Shown: positions 19,029-26,589 of the stretch, in pieces | How the letters are laid out: each line of letters begins with the position of its first letter | Position numbering within the stretch: the first letter of the stretch is position 1 | IMG/VR virus record: IMGVR_UViG_3300012953_000160 | Span: 1 to 28,376 of that record | Reading direction: 5' to 3' (one strand) | Length of the DNA stretch: 28,376 nt | DNA from: a virus | Taxonomy: Duplodnaviria > Caudoviricetes | The notes under the pieces: model-generated | Databases searched by the model: none | The model's input: the letters and a program-made list of their open reading frames with translations, nothing else | What the model was told of the DNA's origin: nothing | Program-made: the position numbers and the translations under genes

Positions 19029-19232
19029 TCATGTATAAAATTCTGCTAGTGAGTCTGTATAATAGTCTTTATGGATTTTCTTCAATTTGGGTATGGGGAA
19101 AGATACTTCCATACATTTAGTTTTAGGATTATAGCACATTTTAGTTGTTATATAATTGCACTCCTCGAAAGGGCAAGTATCTAACCACTCGCTGAAAATT
19201 TCAAAATTGTCCTTTTTCTTAACTGGTTTCAT
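19029..19232 (-). CDS. Hypothetical protein
   Basis: ORF track; FSEWLDTCP segment; ATGA coupling. Confidence 0.7.
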   Translation of the reverse strand: MKPVKKKDNFEIFSEWLDTCPFEECNYITTKMCYNPKTKCMEVSFPIPKLKKIHKDYYTDSLAEFYT

Positions 19233-19384
19233 TGCATGTCCTCAAATCGTTGATAGGTTAATTTTTCTGCTTCGCTCTCTATAGTCTTACGAGAGATCAC
19301 ATCCCACTTGTATTTTTCAAATAGTTCGGATAAAACTTCTTCATATAGTGTTTCAAGAAGTTGGTCGTTAATTGCATGACTCAT
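19229..19384 (-). CDS. Hypothetical protein (51 aa)
   Basis: Manual translation MSHAINDQLLETLYEEVLSELFEKYKWDVISRKTIESEAEKLTYQRFEDMQ; coupled on both sides. Confidence 0.7.
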   Translation of the reverse strand: MSHAINDQLLETLYEEVLSELFEKYKWDVISRKTIESEAEKLTYQRFEDMQ

Positions 19385-19584
19385 TAGTTTGAATCTCCAT
19401 TTTTAAAATCGGTCTTTTCTGCTGTACCTTTTATATCATAGTCAAAATAGTCTAGTGAATATCCTGACCGAGCAACAACTTCACATAATAATTCAGTAAG
19501 TTGCTCTTTCTCTTCCTGATTCATTAGATAATAAATATCGAAATCTTCGAGGTTGACTTTACGAGGTGTTCGAGGTGTTATCAT
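19384..19584 (-). CDS. Hypothetical protein (66 aa)
   Basis: ORF-track frame; likely start MITPRT at 19584 (ATGA overlap). Confidence 0.7.
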   Translation of the reverse strand: MITPRTPRKVNLEDFDIYYLMNQEEKEQLTELLCEVVARSGYSLDYFDYDIKGTAEKTDFKNGDSN

Positions 19585-19745
19585 TTTAGTTGATTCTCCC
19601 ATACTGAAGTTTTAAATCTTTTGACTGCTTTGTCTAGCAATTTGATGTCCCCATCACATACATCACAAGAATCCTCGTCCTCTAAATGAGCGAAGTTGTT
19701 ATTGATGTCTCCTATGAGAGTGAGTAGTGCTTCGTAATTGGTCAT
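19581..19745 (-). CDS. Hypothetical protein (54 aa)
   Basis: Manual translation MTNYEALLTLIGDINNNFAHLEDEDSCDVCDGDIKLLDKAVKRFKTSVWENQLK; first gene after copy 4. Confidence 0.7.
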   Translation of the reverse strand: MTNYEALLTLIGDINNNFAHLEDEDSCDVCDGDIKLLDKAVKRFKTSVWENQLK

Positions 19746-19828
19746 GAATGTTTGTTGCTTATACTAATATTATAATGGATGGATAAACCAAATAGTAGTG
19801 TTCTTGTGCCAGTAATTAAACTGGCATA
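19746..19828 (-). promoter_or_regulatory. Dyad-promoter element copy 4
   Basis: tgtgcca-gtaattaaac-tggcata 19805-19828; TATAAT 19769-19774 (30 nt). Confidence 0.88.
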
Positions 19829-20031
19829 ACATTATCTTCATTAATATTGAACTCTAGCATATAATGTTCTAAGTTCACTCCCATGAGATCACAATGCTCT
19901 AAACATTGCTTATAAACCTTTTTGGATATAAACTCAATATCTAAGTGTTCTGTTTGAACTAGATAAGGTTTTGGTTTTCTGTTCTTCTTAGGTAGATTAG
20001 GAAGTTTTGGTTCTCTTTTGTTTTTTGCCAT
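19816..20031 (-). CDS. Hypothetical protein with Lys/Arg/Pro-rich N-terminus
   Basis: ORF track; stop inside the dyad spacer. Confidence 0.7.
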   Translation of the reverse strand: MAKNKREPKLPNLPKKNRKPKPYLVQTEHLDIEFISKKVYKQCLEHCDLMGVNLEHYMLEFNINEDNVMPV

Positions 20032-20058
20032 GATGATTAGTGAGTAATTTTTAAAGAG

Positions 20059-20124
20059 TAGAGGTCAATGTCAGGTTAAACTAGATGCTCCAAGGCAATG
20101 TTAGGTTTGACTAGATGACCTCTA
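20059..20124. repeat. 9-bp inverted repeat enclosing two 22-bp direct repeats (candidate structured RNA)
   Basis: tagaggtca 20059-20067 / tgacctcta 20116-20124; caatgtYaggttWRactagatg at 20066-20087 and 20096-20117 (19/22 identical). Confidence 0.8.
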
Positions 20125-20134
20125 GTAGGGTTGA

Positions 20135-20590
20135 TTATCTCATGTAGAGATAACCACCTGCCCATCCTGTGAAATTAGGATTATGTAATAATGTCCTTTG
20201 AGTAATAATTCTCATGTCAAATCTTACATGTTTGGCGGGTGCTGCCCATGATGCAGGTTTGAAGACTTGTCCAGTTTTCTTGTCAACAAATGCGTGAACA
20301 CTTGCATCACGATACTTTCCATAGTACTTTGAACCTTCCCATGTCTCAAATTCTTGCTGAACTATCTTGTAATACTTCTTACCAGATTTTACTTTGAAGT
20401 ACATCAAGTTTGCTGATCCATCTTTAATGGCATCTAATTGCTGTCTAGCATACTCTGGATAATTACCAGATAGATTTCCGTTTAAAGTGTTAACATGATA
20501 CTGACGATAGTTTTCTGTAATAGTGTCAGCATATGTTTGAGTCCAATCTGCAACTCTTTGCTCTAGTGTTGTTTCTGTAATAGTGGTCAT
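20135..20590 (-). CDS. Hypothetical phage protein
   Basis: GKKYYKIV...SVHAFVDKKTGQVFKPASWAAPAKHVRF motif recalled from many phages; function unknown. Confidence 0.85.
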   Translation of the reverse strand: MTTITETTLEQRVADWTQTYADTITENYRQYHVNTLNGNLSGNYPEYARQQLDAIKDGSANLMYFKVKSGKKYYKIVQQEFETWEGSKYYGKYRDASVHAFVDKKTGQVFKPASWAAPAKHVRFDMRIITQRTLLHNPNFTGWAGGYLYMR

Positions 20591-20671
20591 AATCTTTGTT
20601 TGTTATACTACTATTATAGAGGATGATAACACTAATATGAGTGCTATTGTGCCACTAATATAAGTGGCATA
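20591..20671 (-). promoter_or_regulatory. Dyad-promoter element copy 5
   Basis: tgtgcca-ctaatataag-tggcata 20648-20671; TATAAT 20613-20618 (29 nt). Confidence 0.88.
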
Positions 20672-20675
20672 GTTA

Positions 20676-20900
20676 CTATTTCGCATAGTCCTCCAGTGTG
20701 ATACCTTTTTCATAACAATACTCAATTAATACTTTATGAATCTCATCAGGAAAGAAATCCCAATCTCCATCATTTTTTAAATCCTCTGCAAGTATGCTAA
20801 CTTGTAAATCATCTAATAATGGATAGAATGATTTAATAATCCTAGTCAAGTTCCACTCTATAAAAGTGTCCTGATTTGTAATCACAACTTTTCTTCTCAT
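20676..20900 (-). CDS. Hypothetical protein
   Basis: ORF track; ATGA coupling, GGAG upstream. Confidence 0.7.
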   Translation of the reverse strand: MRRKVVITNQDTFIEWNLTRIIKSFYPLLDDLQVSILAEDLKNDGDWDFFPDEIHKVLIEYCYEKGITLEDYAK

Positions 20901-21112
20901 GCTAAAATCTCCAATTCTTTGTAATTATGACATATCACTCTTCTACCATGATTGTCAATTAGAATAGTAAAATTCTCGGTTGGAATAAATCCCTTACGAT
21001 CTTTATCTCCCTTAATGTAATTAATTAAGACTTCAAAGTCATTGTTTTTGAACCTGACTTTATCACCAACTCCTATTACATCAGGTGATACATATCTCTG
21101 AATAAATGTCAT
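20897..21112 (-). CDS. Hypothetical protein (SH3/KOW-like pattern)
   Basis: IGVGDKVRFKN...HYKELEIL-like pattern; GAGGAG upstream. Confidence 0.7.
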   Translation of the reverse strand: MTFIQRYVSPDVIGVGDKVRFKNNDFEVLINYIKGDKDRKGFIPTENFTILIDNHGRRVICHNYKELEILA

Positions 21113-21369
21113 TAGTTAGTCTCCTCGAATGGTTCTCTTAATGGGTTTTTAAAAGGTGTTTTCATGTAGTCTTGAATCTCATCAATTACCTCACCAAAAC
21201 TGTCATCCCAGTAGTTTTGTGCTTCATCAAGAAATTCTGCATCAGGCATATTCTTGTATAGGTCATCAAGATCATCCATGACATATTGAACTAGATCTTT
21301 TGTTGACATGTTATCAACATATCTCTCAACTAAAAATGATTTTAGTTCGTTAATTAGTGCTTTGTCCAT
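21112..21369 (-). CDS. Hypothetical acidic helical protein
   Basis: ORF track; VERYVDNMSTKDLVQYV segment. Confidence 0.75.
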   Translation of the reverse strand: MDKALINELKSFLVERYVDNMSTKDLVQYVMDDLDDLYKNMPDAEFLDEAQNYWDDSFGEVIDEIQDYMKTPFKNPLREPFEETN

Positions 21370-21371
21370 GA

Positions 21372-21605
21372 TTAATAGTCGTAGAAAAATGGGTGGTCAG
21401 TTTCGCAAGGTTCGGGGTCATATTCTGTATCTGCATCTATATTCTGTTTTAGATTGTCATCATAGATGCGAATGGATAACTCTCCATTGTCTGCTAGACC
21501 TATCCAACCCTTACGATCAAGTGCATTGTCAATAATGTCATATACTTTAAGGACTTCTTCATCATTTAGAAATCCGCATATGTTCCAATACTTTTCTGTG
21601 GTCAT
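21372..21605 (-). CDS. Hypothetical protein
   Basis: ORF track; first gene after copy 6. Confidence 0.75.
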   Translation of the reverse strand: MTTEKYWNICGFLNDEEVLKVYDIIDNALDRKGWIGLADNGELSIRIYDDNLKQNIDADTEYDPEPCETDHPFFYDY

Positions 21606-21690
21606 AGTTTTTGTTTGTTTCTATAGTACTATTATAATGGATGGATAGTCCAATTTGTAGTGGTCTTGTGCCACTAATACAACTGTCATG
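21606..21690 (-). promoter_or_regulatory. Dyad-promoter element copy 6
   Basis: tgtgcca-ctaatacaac-tgtcatg 21667-21690; TATAAT 21631-21636 (30 nt). Confidence 0.85.
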
Positions 21691-21916
21691 CACTATTCTC
21701 TTTCCATACCCAATTTGTAATATCCTGTTGTCTAGCGTCAGCAGTTCCTACATTTTCCTCAGCGAAAAATGTCCTGTGGAATACTTCATAGTCAGCATAA
21801 TCCCACTCCACTTGCTCAAAAAATGGTTCTTTCACCCATGCTTCAAGTTCCTCTTTTGTTTTGAAGTCAATAGTGCCTGTGTTGTTTTCGTGAATTGTGA
21901 TTCTGTACATTACCAC
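21686..21916 (-). CDS. Hypothetical protein
   Basis: ORF track; likely start MYRIT after GGAG. Confidence 0.7.
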   Translation of the reverse strand: MVMYRITIHENNTGTIDFKTKEELEAWVKEPFFEQVEWDYADYEVFHRTFFAEENVGTADARQQDITNWVWKENSA

Positions 21917-22095
21917 TCCATAGTAGGTTGTTTGCTTTGTGCTTTTTCAACTTTTGTTGAATAGTTCACTTGTTGATCTTGTATCTTTTCAAATACACTC
22001 ATTTGTTTTGATGTTAATGGCATATCCATATCCCTAAGAATATCATACAGTTTAATAAACTGATATGCTTCATCAAATGTGATTTCTATTTTCAT
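21910..22095 (-). CDS. Hypothetical protein
   Basis: ORF track; GAGG upstream. Confidence 0.7.
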   Translation of the reverse strand: MKIEITFDEAYQFIKLYDILRDMDMPLTSKQMSVFEKIQDQQVNYSTKVEKAQSKQPTMEW

Positions 22096-22097
22096 GA

Positions 22098-22331
22098 TTA
22101 ACCTCTGAAGTTAAGTGATTTGATACCGTCATCAGTTCTTTCGCCTGTCTCGTCATAATCTGAGTCAACCATGTCCTCTAGTTCCTGACCTGTTTTCTTT
22201 GAGAGTGCATCAAAACTAGGATAGAATAGGTCATCTAAAATTTTCTCTGAAAGTACCTCTTCTGCATCTGTCATGTAAACTCTGTATGATCTGAGTGCTG
22301 AGTATAATAACTCATATTCTTGTCTGGTCAT
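22098..22331 (-). CDS. Hypothetical protein
   Basis: ORF track; first gene after copy 7. Confidence 0.75.
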   Translation of the reverse strand: MTRQEYELLYSALRSYRVYMTDAEEVLSEKILDDLFYPSFDALSKKTGQELEDMVDSDYDETGERTDDGIKSLNFRG

Positions 22332-22417
22332 AATGTTTGTTTGTTGTTTATACTAATATTATAAGGGATGGATAAACCAAATAGTAGTCCAATTGTGCCA
22401 CTAATATAGGTGGCACA
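22332..22417 (-). promoter_or_regulatory. Dyad-promoter element copy 7
   Basis: tgtgcca-ctaatatagg-tggcaca 22394-22417; TATAAT 22358-22363 (30 nt); helicase stop immediately adjacent. Confidence 0.88.
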
Positions 22418-23689
22418 CTAAACGTACGCTAAGGGTGGAATACCCTCTATAAAGATATAGTCAACTACATCCTGTATTTTCTTAGCAATTCTCTGAGAGT
22501 ACTTTCCTGATAAGGGAACACATATTTTACCGTAAGGTTTATGGTATAACTCATATGCTCCTACTGGAACTCTTCCCTCTGCCATTGCTGCTCTGTCCTT
22601 AGGATGTATCCTTATGACTCTACCAATAGTTTGTGCCATTTCGATAGTTGGTAGATTCCTGAGCATAATAGTATGAGTGAGACCTGCTACATTAATACCC
22701 TCGGATAGAATACTGTAATGGAATATGATGAACTTTCTGTTCTCATCCTTACCGTATTCTGTAAGAGTATTGAAAAACTCTTCTCTTCCTACTTTCTTAC
22801 CGTTGATGTTAGCACCATACTTTGATGTGATGTGCATAACGTCATATCCCTGCATGTATAACCATGCAAGTGTATCTGTTCTTGTAAGGATAGCGAAAAT
22901 GTTAGCAGTTGATTGTCCTGCTACTAAAATCTTAGGATTGATAACTGTCATGTCCTCGATCATATCCTTAAGATTGTCAGCATCAACTTCATGAGCATTG
23001 TATCTGTCTCTTACTCTGTCTGTCTCAAATGGTATTACTTCGGGTGGTAGTATTGAACCACCATCAATAAGTTCCTGAGCAGTTGTTTGCTCAAGTGTTC
23101 TGCCAAATACTGAACCGTTGCACATTCCTCTTACACCGTTGACACTTTTCTTACCTCTTGATACTTTAGGTGTTGCAGTAAAGAAAAACTTACGAGTTCT
23201 GGGTCTGTGTGATATTCTCTCAATAGGGATAAAGAAATTCTTTGATGTACCATTGTGTGCTTCATCAAAGTAAATCGTATCAATTAGAATACCACTATCA
23301 ACAACTCTTTTGAGTGAGTGATAAGTTGTAAAGATGAGACGATTCTCTCCCTGCTGCATCACGTTGTTTTGCCATCTAACAATATGATCTGTCTTAAGTG
23401 TACTTGCGTGAACTGTCTCTCCGCTATGTACATGTAAACACTCTATTGTAAGATTATGCTTACCGTCTAAGTTCTGTTCAAAAAACTCTGCACATAACTG
23501 ATTCGCTAATAATATACGAGGTGCAACAACTACAATAGTTTGATCTGATTTAGTTGATAGTTCTCTGATACAGTCAGCGATCATGATGAATGTTTTACCA
23601 CCACCTGTAGGGATGATAACCTTACCGTTGCCAGAAGTCATTGCGTTGTATGCTCTGGTCTGGTGTGGTCTTAGTGTATCTGAAAACAT
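22418..23689 (-). CDS. Superfamily 2 DEAH-box helicase/ATPase (ResIII-like)
   Basis: Q motif LRPHQ, Walker A PTGGGKT, DEAH, TAT, LSEGIN, QTIGRVIR. Confidence 0.92.
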   Translation of the reverse strand: MFSDTLRPHQTRAYNAMTSGNGKVIIPTGGGKTFIMIADCIRELSTKSDQTIVVVAPRILLANQLCAEFFEQNLDGKHNLTIECLHVHSGETVHASTLKTDHIVRWQNNVMQQGENRLIFTTYHSLKRVVDSGILIDTIYFDEAHNGTSKNFFIPIERISHRPRTRKFFFTATPKVSRGKKSVNGVRGMCNGSVFGRTLEQTTAQELIDGGSILPPEVIPFETDRVRDRYNAHEVDADNLKDMIEDMTVINPKILVAGQSTANIFAILTRTDTLAWLYMQGYDVMHITSKYGANINGKKVGREEFFNTLTEYGKDENRKFIIFHYSILSEGINVAGLTHTIMLRNLPTIEMAQTIGRVIRIHPKDRAAMAEGRVPVGAYELYHKPYGKICVPLSGKYSQRIAKKIQDVVDYIFIEGIPPLAYV

Positions 23690-23767
23690 AATTTCCTTTG
23701 AATACTCTTATTATAGCATAAAAAAGACCCCTGTGAAGGGGTCTGTACCACTTAACCAACTGTCCAC
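23690..23767 (-). promoter_or_regulatory. Variant element copy 8 with an embedded terminator hairpin
   Basis: tgtacca-cttaaccaac-tgtccac 23744-23767; minus strand AGACCCC-TTCACA-GGGGTCT then T-run; TGc-TATAAT 23710-23718; AAGGA before the helicase ATG. Confidence 0.75.
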
Positions 23768-23774
23768 CACAAAC

Positions 23775-23968
23775 AAAAAAAGTGGACTGACCTATAGAAT
23801 AACCAGTTCTATAGACGAGAGGAAACAAAACATAACCAACTGCTTAAGTTCGACTTAAATGCGTATGCGAGTGGTTTTAACTATGCTAGTTAAATCTTTA
23901 GTCATCTAATGACTTCACGTTCGGTGTCCGCAACCTTGAAAGTCTTATGTTGGTAGGTTTGTTTCCCC
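23775..23968 (-). ncRNA. Candidate structured non-coding RNA (family not recognised)
   Basis: No credible ORF; own promoter (copy 9); 11-bp closing helix 23958-23968/23819-23829 plus a 6-bp helix, three internal hairpins, a 3' hairpin and U7. Confidence 0.6.
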
Positions 23969-23972
23969 ACTA

Positions 23973-24926
23973 TTAATATAACAGGTCTTGTAGAGGATTT
24001 GTGGTCTGTTGTGCAACTTCTTCAACTGGCACACGTTGGTCTATCAAATTACCGTACTCTTCATGCAACTCACATCCGATATAATCTCTACCCAATTGCT
24101 TTGCAACCATAGCAGTAGTTCCTGATCCCATGAATGGATCAAGAATTATATCTCCCTTTTCACTCCCTGCTAGTATGCAAGGTGTAATTAAGTCAGGTGG
24201 GAATACTGCAAAATGACTTCCCTTAAATGGTTTATTTGTTATTGACCAAACATCACGTTTATTTTTCCTGTCATAAGACTTGGATAACCCACTATGAGGA
24301 ACCAACCCACTACCAGTATTATGGTACTTACCCTTAGTGCGGTCTCTTGTACCCCAGTCTTTTGCGGGTTCTTTGATTGCTTCATTGTCATAATAATACT
24401 TTTTGTTCTTTGATAATAAAAATATGTACTCATGTGATTTAGTACATCTATCCTTTACCGATTCTGGCATTGGATTAGGTTTATGCCAGATAATATCCTG
24501 ACGTAGATACCATCCGTCTGCTCTCATTGCAAATGCAAACATCCAAGGGATACCAATTAAATCCTTTTCTTTAAGTCCTTCTAATTTATTACCACGTTTA
24601 TTACATTGTGTTGGTAGGTCTTGATTAGTCTTACTTACTGTCTGTTTAGGATATGATTGACCTTTTCCTGGTCGATAGTTATAATAACTATCACCTAAGT
24701 TAACCCATAGAGTTCCATCATCAGTTAATACATTCCTAACCTCTTTGAATACTCCTACCAGTTGATCTATAAACTCTTCTGGTGTCTTCTCTTGTCCTAT
24801 TTGATTCTCTTCATTACCATAGTTCCTTAATCCATAGTAAGGTGGCGAAGTTATACAACTTCTTGCCTGTTCATCAAATTGTTTGAGTGTATCTCTACAG
24901 TCTCCATATAATATAGTATTTCTCAT
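23973..24926 (-). CDS. DNA methyltransferase, beta class (N4-C/N6-A family)
   Basis: N-terminal TSPPY (motif IV), IIWHKPNPMPES, HFAVFP, C-terminal LDPFMGSGTT (motif I). Likely start MRNTIL at 24926 (ATGA overlap). Confidence 0.93.
   Translation of the reverse strand: MRNTILYGDCRDTLKQFDEQARSCITSPPYYGLRNYGNEENQIGQEKTPEEFIDQLVGVFKEVRNVLTDDGTLWVNLGDSYYNYRPGKGQSYPKQTVSKTNQDLPTQCNKRGNKLEGLKEKDLIGIPWMFAFAMRADGWYLRQDIIWHKPNPMPESVKDRCTKSHEYIFLLSKNKKYYYDNEAIKEPAKDWGTRDRTKGKYHNTGSGLVPHSGLSKSYDRKNKRDVWSITNKPFKGSHFAVFPPDLITPCILAGSEKGDIILDPFMGSGTTAMVAKQLGRDYIGCELHEEYGNLIDQRVPVEEVAQQTTNPLQDLLY
23975..24033 (-). promoter_or_regulatory. Dyad-promoter element copy 9 (inside MTase 3' end)
   Basis: tgtgcaa-cttcttcaac-tggcaca 24010-24033; extended -10 TGt-TATATT 23975-23983 (29 nt). 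Confidence 0.65.
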
Positions 24927-25846
24927 AATATTACCTTTTCTAATAACCATCTAACCTCTTTAAATGTTATTCTCTTACGATACTTGCCACTCTTCTGCAA
25001 TGATTTAAAACTTGTCATATAAAAATCGTTTGTCTCATATCTATACTCTTGTAGTGCTTCATTGAATAGAGGTATATGTTTATCTTTGAGATATGATGAC
25101 TCAATAGGAAACTTATTTCTGTTAGTTGTTTTACATTTACCATTACCATCAACAAGACCTCTCCTATCCTCGTCCTCCATCCTTTTTAAATAGATATTAT
25201 CTTCATCTACCATGTCAATACCATTAATAATATAATCACTAAATTTAGGTGGATTGAATGTCATAGGAAAATTACTTCCTTTTGGTGTGTGAACAATGTT
25301 TGGTATATATTCTTTACCATTAACATATAGTCCAGTAGCAGTTCGTTGAGGTACAAAATATGCTACACCTGCAGGATTATCTGTATCTGAAAATAGTTTC
25401 ATATCAAATTTATCCCATGCAAATAATCTATCCTTAAATAGATTCTGATTGTAAAATGTTGATGGTATGATTGCTGCAACATAATCACAATTATCTAACA
25501 TTAATTGTAAACAGTCAAGGTATAAATCTTCATGCTTTACAATTACTGGTAATCTCTTTCTTGATATAATTGTCTTTGCTAAGTATGGTGGGTTAGTAAT
25601 ACATACTTGATAATCTTTAGGAAAATGTTTTATAGTATCTCTTATCTCTACATTAAAATGTTGAGGGTCAACATCATAACCTACCCATGCTGCATCTATA
25701 AAATCAAATAGATTCCCTGCACCTGCAAATGGTTCTAATATAGGTTCATCTTTAGGAACTAAATTATACCATGCTTTAAAAGCATTAGAATTATTAAAAG
25801 GGTCAGTAGTTGTGTAATACTGACCTAACAATTGTTTTGATTGCAT
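24923..25846 (-). CDS. DNA methyltransferase, gamma class (probable N6-adenine)
   Basis: GQYYT (motif X), LEPFAGAG (motif I), TNPPY (motif IV), AIIP. Confidence 0.85.
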   Translation of the reverse strand: MQSKQLLGQYYTTTDPFNNSNAFKAWYNLVPKDEPILEPFAGAGNLFDFIDAAWVGYDVDPQHFNVEIRDTIKHFPKDYQVCITNPPYLAKTIISRKRLPVIVKHEDLYLDCLQLMLDNCDYVAAIIPSTFYNQNLFKDRLFAWDKFDMKLFSDTDNPAGVAYFVPQRTATGLYVNGKEYIPNIVHTPKGSNFPMTFNPPKFSDYIINGIDMVDEDNIYLKRMEDEDRRGLVDGNGKCKTTNRNKFPIESSYLKDKHIPLFNEALQEYRYETNDFYMTSFKSLQKSGKYRKRITFKEVRWLLEKVIL

Positions 25847-26568
25847 CAATACTTAATTAATCTTTCTTGTAATTCTTTGTGATTAACAACCCAAATGTTT
25901 CCAGTAGGATTATCAAATTCTTCTTGTAATTTATTATACTCTACTTCTAGGTCTGTGTCAATCAAAGCAATGTAAATTATATCTTTTCTTATTGAGATGT
26001 CTCTACCCCATGATAACCATCTTTTCTCTTCTTGAAATACATTATCCTGTCCTCCTCCTTTACCTAAACAATACTTATGTGATAACCATCCAAATAATTT
26101 ACCATCCTTCTTGATCTCTCCATCAATAGTTTTAATATCATTAACTGTATTACCAAACTTCTTTTTATATAATGCGTTAGGATATGTTTTACCATCCATT
26201 GCAGGTCTTAATAATGAGTTAGGTAAGCACTCCACTCTAAATCCATAATGTTTTACAGTTTGATCTATACCATTGAGTGTGAATACTTCATCCTGTCCAG
26301 ATTGTCTATGTGATTCCTTACCCAATACAACCGACAACATTTTAGATACTGTACTATTACCTTGACAGTTCATGAATAAATCTCTTTCTCCACACCCATG
26401 AAATTCTAAATGACGTTGCAATGCAGTTTCATTAATATATTTCTTGATCGGTTCTTTATCTAATATTCCTTTCTCTAAAATTGCTGCGACAGTTTTCCAT
26501 GTCTCATCTTGTCTCTCACTCCTTAGATTAGGAACATCAAATTCAAATAATACTGGTCGGATTTTCAT
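25846..26568 (-). CDS. Putative PD-(D/E)xK-type restriction endonuclease
   Basis: KTIDG...FGWLSHKY...GGGQDN resembles a PD...xK catalytic core; translationally coupled (TGATG) to the MTase. Start moved to 26568 because the ORF-track start overlaps the -10 box. Confidence 0.55.
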   Translation of the reverse strand: MKIRPVLFEFDVPNLRSERQDETWKTVAAILEKGILDKEPIKKYINETALQRHLEFHGCGERDLFMNCQGNSTVSKMLSVVLGKESHRQSGQDEVFTLNGIDQTVKHYGFRVECLPNSLLRPAMDGKTYPNALYKKKFGNTVNDIKTIDGEIKKDGKLFGWLSHKYCLGKGGGQDNVFQEEKRWLSWGRDISIRKDIIYIALIDTDLEVEYNKLQEEFDNPTGNIWVVNHKELQERLIKY

Positions 26569-26589
26569 GATTAAGTTTGTATTACTATT

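Noticed and set aside
18384-22417. Repeats as a CRISPR array or classical integron attC sites
   Set aside because: Intervening units are 0.5-1 kb gene modules, there are no cas genes or integrase, and no RYYYAAC...GTTRRRY ends.
23775-23968. tRNA or tmRNA
   Set aside because: No T-loop GTTCRA in a cloverleaf context, no CCA acceptor end, no tag reading frame seen.
22418-25846. Helicase plus MTases as a Type I/III R-M system, or helicase as uvsW
   Set aside because: The helicase is only 423 aa with no evident nuclease domain and is separately promoted; nothing beyond generic SF2 motifs supports the uvsW name.
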